This document shows, piece after piece, positions 32,420 through 43,614 of a stretch of 64,000 nt of DNA. The notes under the pieces were generated by a model. That model ran no database searches and was not told the origin of the DNA. It saw nothing but the letters and a program-made list of their open reading frames with translations. The stretch spans positions 32,001 to 96,000 of the forward strand of contig CAVXEP010000029.1 in the NCBI GenBank assembly GCA_963760795.1, written 5' to 3'. The DNA is from an uncultured delta proteobacterium. Its GTDB lineage: Bacteria > Desulfobacterota > Binatia > UBA9968. Both the position numbers and the translations under genes were made by a program. Each line of letters starts with the position of its first letter. Within the stretch, counting starts at the first letter, position 1.

Positions 32420-33391
32420 ATGATACTCCGCCGCGCCGCGATGTTGGTTCTATTGATAACGTCGGTCCTGGCTAGGATCGGCTTCGCCGCTGAATCATCT
32501 CTGCTCCAAGCCACCGCTGTCTATGGCGTCATCGCCACCGATCCGATTTATCTTTGGATCGCTCAGGAGAGAGGCTTCTTCAAAAAGAACGGTCTCAACA
32601 TCGACCTCACCCATATTCCGACCACCCAGGCGGTGCAGGCTTTGGTCAGCGGCAAGATTCACTTCACCACCGCCGGTCCGCAAATCATCGAAGCCAATCT
32701 CGCCGGCGCCGACACGGTTTACATTTTGAGTCCGGTCAATACTTTCGTCTTTTCACTTTATAGCAAGCCGGAAATTACCAACATGAAAGGTCTCGCCGGC
32801 AAGACCATCGGCGCGACCAATAAGGGAACGCCCACCGACATCGCCGGACACATGGTTGTCGCGCAGAGCGGCCTCAAGCCGGATATCGATGTCAAATTCG
32901 TTTATCTGAAGGAACTCCCCGCCCTGGTCGCCGCGTTGCAGCAAGGCATCATCGATTCCGCGATTCTCTCAGCACCGAGCACGCTCACCGCGCGCAACTT
33001 CGGCTTCAGAGAGCTGCTCAATATCACCGCGTTGAAAATTCCTTTCGTGCAGCACTCGATCGGCACGACGCGCTCGTTCATCAACGCCAACCAAGAGCTG
33101 GTGCGGCGCTTTGTCCGCAGCGCGGCTGAAGGCATCGACTACGCGCGCAAGAACCGCGCCGACGCCATTGCGATCATGTCCAAATACACCAAGATCACCG
33201 ACGCCGCACAGCTGCAAGAATCGCTCTCAACCAATGAGCCGGGGTGGGAGCGCATTCCGACACCGAACCAAGCGGCCATTGAAGCCGTGTTGGCGGCGTC
33301 GCCAAACCCAAAAGCAAAAGAAGCCAAATGGGATCAGTTCATCGACGACCGGTTTGTCAAAGAATTAGTCGCCGCGGGGGTGTTTAGGTAG
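32420..33391 (+). CDS. SsuA/THI5-like ABC substrate-binding protein
   Basis: Signal peptide, WIAQERGFFKKNGL, LAGKTIGAT, FIDDRFVKEL. Confidence 0.88.
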   Translation: MILRRAAMLVLLITSVLARIGFAAESSLLQATAVYGVIATDPIYLWIAQERGFFKKNGLNIDLTHIPTTQAVQALVSGKIHFTTAGPQIIEANLAGADTVYILSPVNTFVFSLYSKPEITNMKGLAGKTIGATNKGTPTDIAGHMVVAQSGLKPDIDVKFVYLKELPALVAALQQGIIDSAILSAPSTLTARNFGFRELLNITALKIPFVQHSIGTTRSFINANQELVRRFVRSAAEGIDYARKNRADAIAIMSKYTKITDAAQLQESLSTNEPGWERIPTPNQAAIEAVLAASPNPKAKEAKWDQFIDDRFVKELVAAGVFR

Positions 33392-33412
33392 GGGCAGACC
33401 TACGTGTCTGCC
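33388..33412 (+). repeat. GTAG-type REP palindrome overlapping a stop codon
   Basis: gtaggggcagac-ctacgt-gtctgcc. Confidence 0.7.
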
Positions 33413-33438
33413 GTTAATTTCGTTCACCACCAGACTCG

Positions 33439-34512
33439 TCATTGCAAATCATACGGCACGCCGACCTGCTCGCTCACTTCTCTCAATCCCTTGAGCACCG
33501 AACCGTGCAGCGGAATACCGCGTTCCGATCTTTCCTCGGCGGTTTCAAATTCAATTTCCCCGGCCACGTAAACTCGGCTCTCGCCTTCGACCGGCGGCGT
33601 CGATTTCAATTCGCGGATCAGCCGGTCCATGTCGGCTGTGAATTCCGCCGCTGGGCGAAATGCTGCTGGGTTAATCGCGCCAAAAAAATGGCCGCGCGGT
33701 TCTTGGTTGGCATTCAAAGCCGTGACCGTGCCGGTGAGCACGCCACAGAGAATTTCCACGAGAATTCCTAAACCGTAGCCTTTGTGGCTACCGCTCTCGC
33801 GCGAGCCGCCGAGCGGCAGCAAACGACGCGCTTGCTGCGCCACTTTGGGATCCGTCGTCGGTTCGGCTTTTTCGTTCAATGCCCAGCCCGTCGGAACCGG
33901 CTTGCCCAGGCGAATCGCTAATTCCAATTTGCCGGCCGCCGCGGTGGTGGTCGCCATATCGAGGACGAAAGGTTTTTCGTCTTTTGCCGGCACGGCGAAG
34001 CTGATCGGATTGGTGCCGAAGCGCGCTTCGCGGCCGAAGGTCGGTACCACTTGCCGGCTCGCGTTGGTCATGGCGATGCCGATCATGTCATGAGGCAACG
34101 CGAGCATGGAATAATAGGCCGACATGCCGTAGTGCCGGCTATTACGAACCGTGACGATGCCGACACCCGACTCTTTGGCCTTCTTGATCGCCAGCTCCAT
34201 CGCCCGGTGGCCGGCGACGAAGCCCATGCCGTTGTCGGCATCGAGCAGGGCAGTGGAAGCGGTCTCGGTAACGACGCGGATATTCGGCTTCGCCGTCATC
34301 GCGCCGTCGCGCAGCCACTTCACATACCAAGCGTGCGGGTTGAAGCGAATCACGCCATGAGTATCGACGCCGCGCAAATCGGACGCCACCAGGACATTGG
34401 CGGCGATCTCGGCGTCCGCCGGCGGCACACCAAGTTTTTCAAATGAACGACTGACGAAGCGAATCAGTTTCTCATGATTGATACGGGTCATACCGGTTGC
34501 ATCAGTGGCCAT
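33439..34512 (-). CDS. Ldh_2 family oxidoreductase (malate/L-sulfolactate/ureidoglycolate DH type)
   Basis: DLRGVDTHG, RNSRHYG, FGTNPI, LDMATT, HKGYGL. Confidence 0.93.
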   Translation of the reverse strand: MATDATGMTRINHEKLIRFVSRSFEKLGVPPADAEIAANVLVASDLRGVDTHGVIRFNPHAWYVKWLRDGAMTAKPNIRVVTETASTALLDADNGMGFVAGHRAMELAIKKAKESGVGIVTVRNSRHYGMSAYYSMLALPHDMIGIAMTNASRQVVPTFGREARFGTNPISFAVPAKDEKPFVLDMATTTAAAGKLELAIRLGKPVPTGWALNEKAEPTTDPKVAQQARRLLPLGGSRESGSHKGYGLGILVEILCGVLTGTVTALNANQEPRGHFFGAINPAAFRPAAEFTADMDRLIRELKSTPPVEGESRVYVAGEIEFETAEERSERGIPLHGSVLKGLREVSEQVGVPYDLQ

Positions 34513-34575
34513 GAAATCCTCCCAGAGATTACTTGCGCACACCTATCTTTGATCTTGTTCCTCTGTCAACCCTGC

Positions 34576-34604
34576 TTGACGCTCCAGCCGTGTTTCCCTA
34601 TGTT
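34576..34604 (+). promoter_or_regulatory. Putative sigma70 promoter
   Basis: TTGACG-17-TATGTT upstream of 34661; a TTGACA on the opposite strand at 34564-34569 faces the Ldh_2 gene. Confidence 0.45.
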
Positions 34605-34660
34605 ACGCACAGCCGAAGGATCTCGACTGGATCACTCTCAGCCATCCCAGGAGATTTCTC

Positions 34661-35695
34661 ATGATGAAATTGTTCGATTCGCCATCGCGACTGATTCTCG
34701 CCGCTGTCTGCTTCGTTCGAATCGCCGTCATAGGCGTCGCAGATATCGGCGCGGCGGAACTACCGTTGGTGCGCATCGCCCACGGCGCGTTCAGCGAAAA
34801 AGTCGTCGCACTATGGCTGGGCGCTGAACAAGGGTTATTTCGCAAGCATGGCGTTAATGTCGAAGTCATCAACATCCGCAGCGGCCCGCAGACCATGGCG
34901 GCGCTGGTTTCCGGCGACATCCAGGTCGCTTACACGATTCCAGGATCGGTCGTCAGCGCGGCCACCAGCGGTTTAGACGTCGCGTTCTTCGCCGGCATCG
35001 TCAACAAAGCCGACGGCGATTTCATTGCCGGCACGAGCATTCGCAGCGCCGAGGATTTAAAAGGCAAACGGATCGGTGTGCAGAGCATCGGCGGCGGGGT
35101 CTGGTCGATGGCGATGCTCGCCATCGAGCATCTCGGTTTGGAACCGAATCGAGATAAGATGACGATCATGGTTATCGGCGACTCGCCGGTGTTGGCGCAG
35201 TCGCTGGAATCCGGCGGCATCGAGGCGACCTATCTCAATTACACCCATAGCCGGGCACTGAAAGAGAAAGGGCTGCCGGTTCTGCTCGACCTGGGCAAGG
35301 CGCCGATACCCTATCAAGGACTCGCCGCGGCGACCCGGCGCGGCTATCTCAAGCAAAATCCCCAGCTCGTCGATGCGCTCATGCGCGGCTTTGTCGAAAC
35401 CGTGGCATTTATTCACCGGCCGGGAAACAAGGAAATCGTCATCAAATCGCTGGTCAAAAATCTCCGCTTGAAAAGCGCCCAGGACGCCGAGATCGGCTAT
35501 GGGGCGCTGCAATGGTTGTACAACCTAGACATCAAACCAACCATCCCCGGGATTCAAAACATGGCGCGCTTCCTCGCCCTGTCCAATCCCAAAGTAAAAT
35601 CTGTGAAAAGCGAAGACGTGGTCGACGACGCACCCTGGCAACGTTTGGAAAAAAGCCCGTTCTACCGGGAAGTGCTGGCCGCTGCTAAAAAGTAG
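34661..35695 (+). CDS. SsuA/THI5-like ABC substrate-binding protein
   Basis: GLFRKHGVNVE, DLKGKRIGVQSIGG. Confidence 0.88.
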   Translation: MMKLFDSPSRLILAAVCFVRIAVIGVADIGAAELPLVRIAHGAFSEKVVALWLGAEQGLFRKHGVNVEVINIRSGPQTMAALVSGDIQVAYTIPGSVVSAATSGLDVAFFAGIVNKADGDFIAGTSIRSAEDLKGKRIGVQSIGGGVWSMAMLAIEHLGLEPNRDKMTIMVIGDSPVLAQSLESGGIEATYLNYTHSRALKEKGLPVLLDLGKAPIPYQGLAAATRRGYLKQNPQLVDALMRGFVETVAFIHRPGNKEIVIKSLVKNLRLKSAQDAEIGYGALQWLYNLDIKPTIPGIQNMARFLALSNPKVKSVKSEDVVDDAPWQRLEKSPFYREVLAAAKK

Positions 35696-35740
35696 AGCGT
35701 TGTCGTAGCCGACCTACATTCAGAACTAACTATTGTGAGT

Positions 35741-36743
35741 TTATCTGATTCCCAGATACTCGTTGTAAACCTTCATGTACTTGTCATAGCCGCCCTCAGC
35801 GCGGATGACATGTGCGGTGCCGCTTTCCATGAGCTGATCGATTTCCTTGGACTGGCTTCTGACCCCTTTTCTGAGCGGAATTTTTCCGGCCGTTGCCAAT
35901 GCGCGTTGCCCTTCAGCGGAGAGATAGAAATCAATGAGGATTTGCGCCGCCGCAGGATGTAGGGGATTTTTCACCATGGCTATCGTGGAAATAGTCGCCA
36001 GCGTCTGCGTCGCGGGTAGCCAATCCACCGGCGCCTCTTTGCGTTTCATCGCTTCGAGTTTGGAGACCTGCATGAAACCGGTGAGCGGGTATTCGCCCGC
36101 GGCCATCATGTTGATCGTGTGGCTATAGCCTTCGACTAACCTTAAGTCTTGCTGGCTGAGTTTTTTGAAATAAGCCGTGCCCTGCTCGTCACCGCGCAGC
36201 GATACCATACCGGTCAGTGGGTAGGGCACACCGCGGTTAACGGCGATTTGACTCTTGTACTGCGGCCGCAAGTAATCGTCATAATTTTTCGGCACCGCGG
36301 ACTTCGCAAGTAGCCGGGGATTGAAGCCGGTGACGAGCAAATCGGTGGTTATGCCGGACCAGAATCCGTCATTATCCCACGCGCCTGACAGCAGATTCTT
36401 GGTTTCCGCCGAGCGATACTGGCCCAGCACGCCTTGCTGCTTAAGATAAAGCAGCGGCTCGGGGCTATTGCCCAAAACATCGCCCTGGACGCGGCCGGCG
36501 CGAAACTCTTGCATCACCCGCGCCGTTTGCCGCGATGAACTGAGATAAACATGACGGAGATTGAGGCCGGGATACTTTTCTTTAAAAGCTTTGCTGAAAT
36601 GCTCGAAGTCGCCCAACGGTCATCGTCGTGTAGAGAATGACCTCGCCGCCTTCCTTCTTCGCCTGATTCACCAGCTCGGCCGACTGCGCCCAAGCGCTGG
36701 TCGGCAAGAAAATAGCCAGCAATAATAGAATTTTCGCTGTCAT
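35741..36743 (-). CDS. Fe3+/polyamine-type ABC substrate-binding protein, frameshift near 36615
   Basis: MTAKILLLLAIF...AKKEGGEVILYTTM joins FKEKYP, AAGEYP, HPAAAQILIDFYLSAEGQ. Confidence 0.85.
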
Positions 36744-36763
36744 CACGCCGCTCTCCTTCAGCG

Positions 36764-37786
36764 CTAACGCTTATTCACCTGTTCGATAAAACCCGACGCC
36801 GAGATCTTCTGGACGATGGAATTGTCGAAAAACTCCTGCGGCTTCATGGACTTTGCTTTGGGGCTCTTCGATACATCGAGCACGGCCTGCACTTCCGCCG
36901 CCGTCATCAGCGGCGTGACTGGGAACACATCGCGGTACTCATCATAAACCGACTCCAGCACTTCGCGGTCGGTGGATTTAAGAAAGCGCCCCATGGCTTT
37001 CACCGCGGCTTCTTTATCCCGCCGAATAAGCGCCATGGATTCGATATACGCGCGCAAGAAACGCGTTAACGCTTCGTTCTTTTCGCGCATGACTTTAGGC
37101 GACGACAACATGCCGGTAAAAAGGAAGGGTATCTTGAGGTCGGCGACATCGACCAGCATCTTGAGTCCAGCCGCCTTGGCCTTCAACGACATCGGCGCAC
37201 CCAAGATGCCCGCGGCGGCGTTGCCGACATTCACCGAATTAAAAACGTTGGTCGTGTCCTGGGCGTAGAGGATGCGCACGTCCTTGTCCGGCTCCAGGCC
37301 GTTTTTCCGCAGAAGGATGCGCGAGGCATAGTCAGTAGATGCAGCAGGCTGCGTAGCCGCAAATACTTTGCCCTTTAGGTCCGCGATCGTCTTAATCTCC
37401 GGCCGGGCGTACACTTGAAAAACGAACGTCGGCAAACCGCTGGCGATATAAGTCAAGTCAGCACCTTCGATCTTCGCGTCGATCCCCTGATTGCCGACAA
37501 AGCCCACTTCCTCGCCGCCGCCGACCATCGCTTGTACGGCGGAAGTCGCCGCTAAGTATTTCACGTCGACGTTGACGCCATGCTTGGTGAACAGTCCGGC
37601 GTCCGCCGCCACCCAGATCGGCGCCATGACGCCGCTGATGGCGTTGTAGACCGCGCGCAGCGAATGTTCCTGGGCACCCAGCGGACTCAGCCAAAACAAA
37701 AATGACAAGGCAATGATCGCCGGTAAATACCGGTGCTGCTTCCCGACCCGAGCCATAACCACGCTCCCTGGGTTTAGTCCCGCCAA
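36764..37786 (-). CDS. SsuA/THI5-like ABC substrate-binding protein
   Basis: WVAADAGLFTKHG, ADLKGK, FFDNS; exact start uncertain. Confidence 0.87.
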   Translation of the reverse strand: MAGLNPGSVVMARVGKQHRYLPAIIALSFLFWLSPLGAQEHSLRAVYNAISGVMAPIWVAADAGLFTKHGVNVDVKYLAATSAVQAMVGGGEEVGFVGNQGIDAKIEGADLTYIASGLPTFVFQVYARPEIKTIADLKGKVFAATQPAASTDYASRILLRKNGLEPDKDVRILYAQDTTNVFNSVNVGNAAAGILGAPMSLKAKAAGLKMLVDVADLKIPFLFTGMLSSPKVMREKNEALTRFLRAYIESMALIRRDKEAAVKAMGRFLKSTDREVLESVYDEYRDVFPVTPLMTAAEVQAVLDVSKSPKAKSMKPQEFFDNSIVQKISASGFIEQVNKR

Positions 37787-37834
37787 CTTACCAATGCTAG
37801 GGAGGAATTTCTACTTTAAACTTGCCGTACGATC

Positions 37835-39676
37835 CTAGTTTAGCCAGTCCAGCAGCGCGCTTTCGATATAGAGAATGACCGTTATCACCACCATCATTTC
37901 CAGGATCACTGGCGTAATCTCCTTGATCCACTGCACCGGCGTATAGCGGTCGTCGATATCGCGCTGAATAAACGCGAAAGCGACCACCGATTGCGCCGAC
38001 CCGATATGCGTCCAACAGCCGCCCAAGGCGTATCCCGCAATCTGTGCCATGGCGAATAGATGCAAAATTGAAATATCCAAATTTTGCAGCGTTCGCGAGG
38101 CAAAGTCGGCGACGACGTTGTTGTCCAAGATCGCCGAAAGAAAGGTGCAACCCAAAAATTTGGCAAAAGCGACATGCGCAATTCCGAGTGTTTGGATCCC
38201 TAGTTGGACTAAACTTTGCAGCTGATCGAAGAAACCCGCCTTGGTTAACAAAGTAATCGACACAAAGAGCGGAAACAGGAAATAATATTCGGCGAATTCA
38301 TGCTTCGCGTCGCGCAGCGCCAAGTTGCGCATTTTGGCTAACTTGATAATTCCCAGCAGCGCCACACCGAACCCTGCAAAGGAAGCCAAAAACAGCGGCA
38401 CGGTATGATCGATGCCATGCCAGATGAGCATGCCGATAAACGGGACCAGCGCCAAAGCGCCAAACTTCTGTGCCACTTGGCGTTGGCGCCCAGTGGAGGC
38501 AAGCTCGTCGTCGACGGCTCTTTCGGCTTCGAGCGCGCCATGATGGTCGCCGGCGGCGTCGAGCACATAGTGGCGATCCAATGTTTCGGCTAACTCGTCG
38601 CTGACAAAATGACCGAGCAGTTTCTTGCGCAGCGCATCAGGAACGCCCGCGTGGAGCAGCGCGATGCCCAGAGACTCACCCTCGCGTAAGCGCTCCCGCA
38701 CGACATCCGCATTGTCCCCCAGCTCGTTCTCGTAATCTTCGACAAGTTCGAGGGAAGTAGCCACTTTGCCGTGGCGCATGGCTTGGAGAAAGCGCACGTC
38801 TTCGGCGTTTGCATCGATGACATCCATCTTGTCCAGTTCGATCTGCTCGCCGCGCAGTCTCTTGCTAAAATTCCAGGCAATCACCAGATAACAGGCGACC
38901 GCCGCCGGGGCGCAGTAGCGCAGAAAAAAAGCGTTATCGATGTGCGGGTAGAGATTGGCCTTCATGATCAGATTGGGCGGCTCGCCGTAGGCCAGCCAAA
39001 TACCGCAAACCGTCGTCACCGTGGTGCAGACCATGACCGAATAGCGCACCTCCGCTATCGGCGCGGCGGCGAGCAGCATGATGATGACCAGGGTGCGAAT
39101 GGTCAGACCGATCATCGACACGCCGTCGAGAATGCCCGAGGCGAACGCCACCACCGCGGTCACCGCGATCACGGTCGGCAGCACCGCACCGCGAAACTTG
39201 CGCAGCAAATAAAATGTTAGACCTTCAAGCAAGCGGGTCTGCGCAATGACCGAGACGAAGAACGTCAAGCCGAGAATAAATAACATGGTATCGGCATGGA
39301 TGAGACCGTCTAAGCCGTGGAACGATAGTAAATTCTGCGCGATCCAGGCCCACCAACCATTCGAGCTGATATCGATATGCCAGACTGAACTGCTCAAGCC
39401 GCAAAACGTCGCGACGATGATCAGCAGCATGCCGTAGGTCAGCGCATTCTTGTGAATCTGATATTTGAACGAACCGAAGAAAAACAAACCGAGGATCGTC
39501 GCGAAGACTTCCGCGGCTAACAGCGAGGTCGGCAGTGCAGAGGTCCGGCCGATCCATAATAGGATCCCCGCAACCACGGCACAAACCAACAAGAACATAC
39601 CGCCCGGGAGCATGACGACAGCCGGTGTATGGACTGCTTGGGCAGAGCTGCCCGCCGGAGGTTTCACTTGACTCAT
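37835..39676 (-). CDS. Ion-transporter superfamily permease (NhaB/NhaD/ArsB-like) with a large central soluble loop
   Basis: More than 12 TM helices, [32 protein letters not shown]. Confidence 0.75.
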   Translation of the reverse strand: MSQVKPPAGSSAQAVHTPAVVMLPGGMFLLVCAVVAGILLWIGRTSALPTSLLAAEVFATILGLFFFGSFKYQIHKNALTYGMLLIIVATFCGLSSSVWHIDISSNGWWAWIAQNLLSFHGLDGLIHADTMLFILGLTFFVSVIAQTRLLEGLTFYLLRKFRGAVLPTVIAVTAVVAFASGILDGVSMIGLTIRTLVIIMLLAAAPIAEVRYSVMVCTTVTTVCGIWLAYGEPPNLIMKANLYPHIDNAFFLRYCAPAAVACYLVIAWNFSKRLRGEQIELDKMDVIDANAEDVRFLQAMRHGKVATSLELVEDYENELGDNADVVRERLREGESLGIALLHAGVPDALRKKLLGHFVSDELAETLDRHYVLDAAGDHHGALEAERAVDDELASTGRQRQVAQKFGALALVPFIGMLIWHGIDHTVPLFLASFAGFGVALLGIIKLAKMRNLALRDAKHEFAEYYFLFPLFVSITLLTKAGFFDQLQSLVQLGIQTLGIAHVAFAKFLGCTFLSAILDNNVVADFASRTLQNLDISILHLFAMAQIAGYALGGCWTHIGSAQSVVAFAFIQRDIDDRYTPVQWIKEITPVILEMMVVITVILYIESALLDWLN

Positions 39677-39751
39677 AATGCGATATTTCGAATCGAAAGC
39701 GACGGCTGATGAAGGCACCCGCGGCGATTTCGCCGCCGGTGCCTTCAGTTC

Positions 39752-40298
39752 TCACGAACCCTGCGACTTGAGCAGCTCTTTGAACTGCTTGTGCAGCTTG
39801 GTCAATTTCGGCGGGATCATGTACTGGCAATAGCCCTGCGACGGATTGTTGGCGTAAAATTTCTGGTGATAGTCCTCGGCGGGATAGAATTCGGTGAGCG
39901 GCTCCAAGGTTGTCACGATGGAGTTCTTGAACGTCTTGGCCTCGTCCAGCTCTTTGATAAACGCCGCAGCTTCGTTCTTTCTGTTTATCATCGGCGTAGA
40001 AAATCGCCGAGCGATATTGTGTGCCAACATCGTTGCCCTGGCGGTTCAACGTCGTCGGATCATGGGTGGCGAAGAACACCGTCATCAAATCGCGAAAAGA
40101 AACCTGCGCCGGATCGAACTCGATCTTGATCACCTCGGCGTGCCCGGTGTTACCCATGCACACCTGCTCATAAGTGGGGTTCTTATTCTTGCCGCCGGCG
40201 TAGCCCGAGATTACGGACATAACGCCGCGCAGCTCATCGAACACCGCTTCGGTGCACCAGAAACAGCCGCCGCCAAATACCGCTACTTGATTACTCAT
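39752..40298 (-). CDS. msrA: Peptide-methionine (S)-S-oxide reductase, frameshift near 39979
   Basis: [37 protein letters not shown]. Confidence 0.95.
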
Positions 40299-40588
40299 TT
40301 GCCCCCCAGTTCTTGGTTAACTTCGCGTTGCAAGGTGAAAGTCGAAGATCTATCGCCGGGAATTCGCATTAGTCGTAAACGCCCCACGCGATAGCCGGTA
40401 GGTTTCCAGCGTCGGATCGATGCCTTCGCGAAAGAAATCCGCGCTCTTGGGCAACGAACAAATCGATCGACGCGATGCTGCGGCTTGAATAGGTGACCAC
40501 CACGCTTTTGCGGCGGCGTCTGTGCCCAGGTATTGCCCGGCGACAACAAAGCCATGAGCACAATCAATGGACGGGCAAATTTCACCAT
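40295..40588 (-). pseudogene. SsuA/THI5-like binding protein remnant (N- and C-termini only)
   Basis: MVKFARPLIVLMALL...YSSRSIASIDLFVAQERGF followed within about 100 bp by [13 protein letters not shown]; several indels. Confidence 0.65.
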
Positions 40589-40668
40589 GCGGCGATATTC
40601 GCTTGCGGCTCGCCGAAGTTCAAGCTTTGCAGCACTGAGAGACTCTGCCAGCTGGAGAAGTTGCATGC

Positions 40669-41055
40669 TTAGAAGCGCTTATTAATCCATGCGCCGACGT
40701 AGTCGTAAAAATTTCTCACCGAGTTGCCATATTGCCCCGGCGTGGTTTCGCAAGCCACGCAGGGCGTCTGGCCATGCTCGGCGCCCTCGACGACGACGAA
40801 GTCTTTGTCTTTGGCACCGGAAAGTTCGTAATGAATCTCGTTGTCGCGGATGAAGTAGTGGCCGCCCATGGCGGTGACCAGCGTCGGCACCGTGATCGTC
40901 GGCAGGTGGCAGGGCGGTGAGTTGTTGCTCGAACAGTGATCGATGCCGTCCATGAGTCGCTACCACGCACGGCGTTGGCGCTCAAAAAAGATTTGACCGT
41001 CAAAACCGCGTGCCATTCTCAAACTGGCGTTCTGCCCGGCACTGTTGAGGCTGGC
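40669..41055 (-). pseudogene. C-terminal fragment of an alpha/beta-hydrolase-like protein
   Basis: ITVPTLVTAMGGH...FVVVEGAEHG...VGAWINKRF; no N-terminus; indels. Confidence 0.6.
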
Positions 41056-41633
41056 CAATCATGAACGTCGTGTCGACGATCTTGCGAAAGCCCAGTTGTT
41101 CTGCGACGTAAAAGGGCGCGCCGAACAGACTCGCCGCCGGAACCTTACGATCCACCAACAACGCCAACCGGTCCAGCAGCAAACCGCCAAAGTTGAGCTT
41201 GATCTCATCGCGTTTGAGGAACTCCTCTAAATACTGCAGCGTTGAATAATGGCTGCCGGAGTGGTACCCGACGGTTACCGGGACATTCGCGAGATCTTCG
41301 GGCTTTTGGATGAGCGAATCAGGCGCAACAAAGATGCCTGAGGGCGACACGGAGTAGCAGCTTCCCCACATCTGACCGTGTCCGGCGGACGCGGCCATGT
41401 TGACTGTCCAGTGACATGCCGCGCTCAAATCGCAACCGCGCCCGCTTTCAATCGATTCGAGGCGCCCTGCTGGATCTCCGGCGGCGCCGTCTCGACGACC
41501 TGAACATGAGCCGACCAGGTGGCAATCGGCTTAACCAGGAATTCGTAGTCCAATCCCTCATGCGAAAGTAGCCCTTTTCCACTGCCACCCACTCTTGTAA
41601 ACGACCGTGCGACTGAATGCGGAATTTTCCCAT
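41056..41633 (-). pseudogene. Binding-protein-fold gene fragment, frameshifted and 3'-truncated
   Basis: MGKFRIQSHGRLQEWVAVEKGYF, PEDLANVPVTVGYHSGSH, EQLGFRKIVDTTFMIG, then fused to the hydrolase fragment. Confidence 0.65.
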
Positions 41634-41670
41634 GGCCGGCCCCCTTGTGATTAACAGTTTGACGCCTGTC

Positions 41671-42540
41671 TCACATCAACCCGTCGTTGTAATTGCTCTT
41701 CGGCACAAAGTTAAAAAAGTGTCCCGATCCTTCGATGATGCGCTGCGTGTGGGGCGTACCTGCCGGGATGTTAACGCCTACCGGACTTTCTACCACGACT
41801 TTTTCATCCCGTACCTGAAACTCAATTTTTAAACCGGTCAACTCCGGCCCGGTGCCAATCGCGATATGCTGGGTGTCGCAATTATGCCTGTGCATGTCGA
41901 CGTAGTTCGCCTGCGACGGCTGAACATTCTCGACGCTGCGCACGACCGTGTAGAATTCCGCTTCCGGTTTCAACTTGCCGTCGACGAAAACATATCGAAT
42001 GCCCGGCGCCGCATCGGTGTGGTGCTTGATTTCCGTCGTCGGCCGCACGTCGGGAGAAAAAATATAACCGGCATATTTGGCAAAATCTCGCTCACCTTTG
42101 GCAAGATCGAACGGCTTGTCTTCATGGGTGTAACCGCGGTTGCGGAAGAGCACGGTCACGGTGCCCGCGCCTTTGGTGACCTTGTACTCATGCACCGTGC
42201 CGGTGGGAATATACACGCAAGCCGGCGCGATAATCTTGTGCACTTTGCCTTCGAAAATGATCTGCCCCTCAAAGCCGGTGAGATCGGGATTGTTGCCAAT
42301 GAAGTAATAAAACTCATCGGTGTTATGGCAATGCGGCACTTGATAGTCCGGCACAAACGACGGTAAATCCTTGGCCTCGTGAATCGCGACGTAGATGTCC
42401 GCGTCGGGATGCGAATCGCGATTGATAAACACATGCCGTTTCACCGGTAACGAAGCTAATTGGCGCAGCGGCCGCTTCTCTTCATGTTTGCCACCGAGCA
42501 CTCCCGGCCGCGCTTTTACTATGTAATTTTTGATATCCAT
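41671..42540 (-). CDS. Bicupin protein with two complete His motifs
   Basis: PHCHNTDE...IPTGTVH and MHRHNCD...IPAGTPH. Confidence 0.8.
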   Translation of the reverse strand: MDIKNYIVKARPGVLGGKHEEKRPLRQLASLPVKRHVFINRDSHPDADIYVAIHEAKDLPSFVPDYQVPHCHNTDEFYYFIGNNPDLTGFEGQIIFEGKVHKIIAPACVYIPTGTVHEYKVTKGAGTVTVLFRNRGYTHEDKPFDLAKGERDFAKYAGYIFSPDVRPTTEIKHHTDAAPGIRYVFVDGKLKPEAEFYTVVRSVENVQPSQANYVDMHRHNCDTQHIAIGTGPELTGLKIEFQVRDEKVVVESPVGVNIPAGTPHTQRIIEGSGHFFNFVPKSNYNDGLM

Positions 42541-42577
42541 TTGCCCTTCTCTCGATTGACGGTTGCTTTATGCCTGC

Positions 42578-43609
42578 CTAAGGCTCTCCCATAACTTTTT
42601 TCATGCGCTCGACGATATCCGCCGGCTGATTGATCACCTCTTTCGCCAGCGCTTCCAACCGTTCGCCGCTCACCGGATTAATTTCCCACTGCCGCTTCTT
42701 TGCTTCGGCGACGAACTCAGAATCTTTAAGCATGTTCACATAAGCGTCGCGCAAGATTTTCACGCGTTCCGGTGGAATTCCCGGCGTTGCTAAGATCGGC
42801 CGCCCAAACGCGCCGGGACCCAGGACGACTCGCGCCAAGCGTTTTTTGGCATCCATGGCTTTTTCCTGGTCCATCAATTCCCAGATCGTCGGCGTTTCAG
42901 GCAAGCGATGGTTGCGCTTGTCGCCGGTTTGTACCAGAAAACGGACAAAGCCGTTCTTCGCCCAGGTCTTGCCCGGCTCGCGACCAAAAAAAGCGCTGAT
43001 CGTCGTGCCGCGGCAGTGTACTTCATTCTTTTCTACCGCAAGATCGACATCCGCCGCTCCTGGATAACCTGTAACCATGTTGATCTTCACGGCGAAAACT
43101 TCTTCCAACAATTTCGGAATGTAATATCCGGTGCTGCCGACTCCTGAGGCTCCGCAACGCGGCGCGTCGGCGGCCTTGCGTAAATCGAGCAGCGTTTTGT
43201 ACGGCTGATCCGAGCGCAGGAAAAACAGCTCGTCGTTTTCCTCCGGCGTGCCGATCCAAGTGAACTTCGCCCAATCGAACTGAACCTCTTTACGCCCTAA
43301 GAGCTGGGCGAAATAGATCGGCGCCGTCACCGCGCCAAGCGTCAGCCCGTCCGGTTTGGCAACGCCGTAGACGTAGTTCGCCGCGGTCAGCGAGCCGCCG
43401 CCCGGCATGTTCTGCACGATGATCTCGGGCTTTCCCGGAATTTGTTTCGGCAAAAAATTAGCCACGACGCGGGCGTAGAGATCGCTCGCCGCGCCAGCGG
43501 AGGCGCCGACGACAATCTTCATTTGCTTGCCCTTGAAGAAGTCGCTCTGCGCTTGGCCGCTCGAAGCGTGAATGAGAATGAAAAAAAGCAAAAACCACAA
43601 ATTCCGCAT
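42578..43609 (-). CDS. TctC/Bug-like binding protein (orphan)
   Basis: QNMPGGGSL, AKPDGLT, VTGYPG, EKNEV. Confidence 0.87.
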   Translation of the reverse strand: MRNLWFLLFFILIHASSGQAQSDFFKGKQMKIVVGASAGAASDLYARVVANFLPKQIPGKPEIIVQNMPGGGSLTAANYVYGVAKPDGLTLGAVTAPIYFAQLLGRKEVQFDWAKFTWIGTPEENDELFFLRSDQPYKTLLDLRKAADAPRCGASGVGSTGYYIPKLLEEVFAVKINMVTGYPGAADVDLAVEKNEVHCRGTTISAFFGREPGKTWAKNGFVRFLVQTGDKRNHRLPETPTIWELMDQEKAMDAKKRLARVVLGPGAFGRPILATPGIPPERVKILRDAYVNMLKDSEFVAEAKKRQWEINPVSGERLEALAKEVINQPADIVERMKKVMGEP

Positions 43610-43614
43610 TTTCG

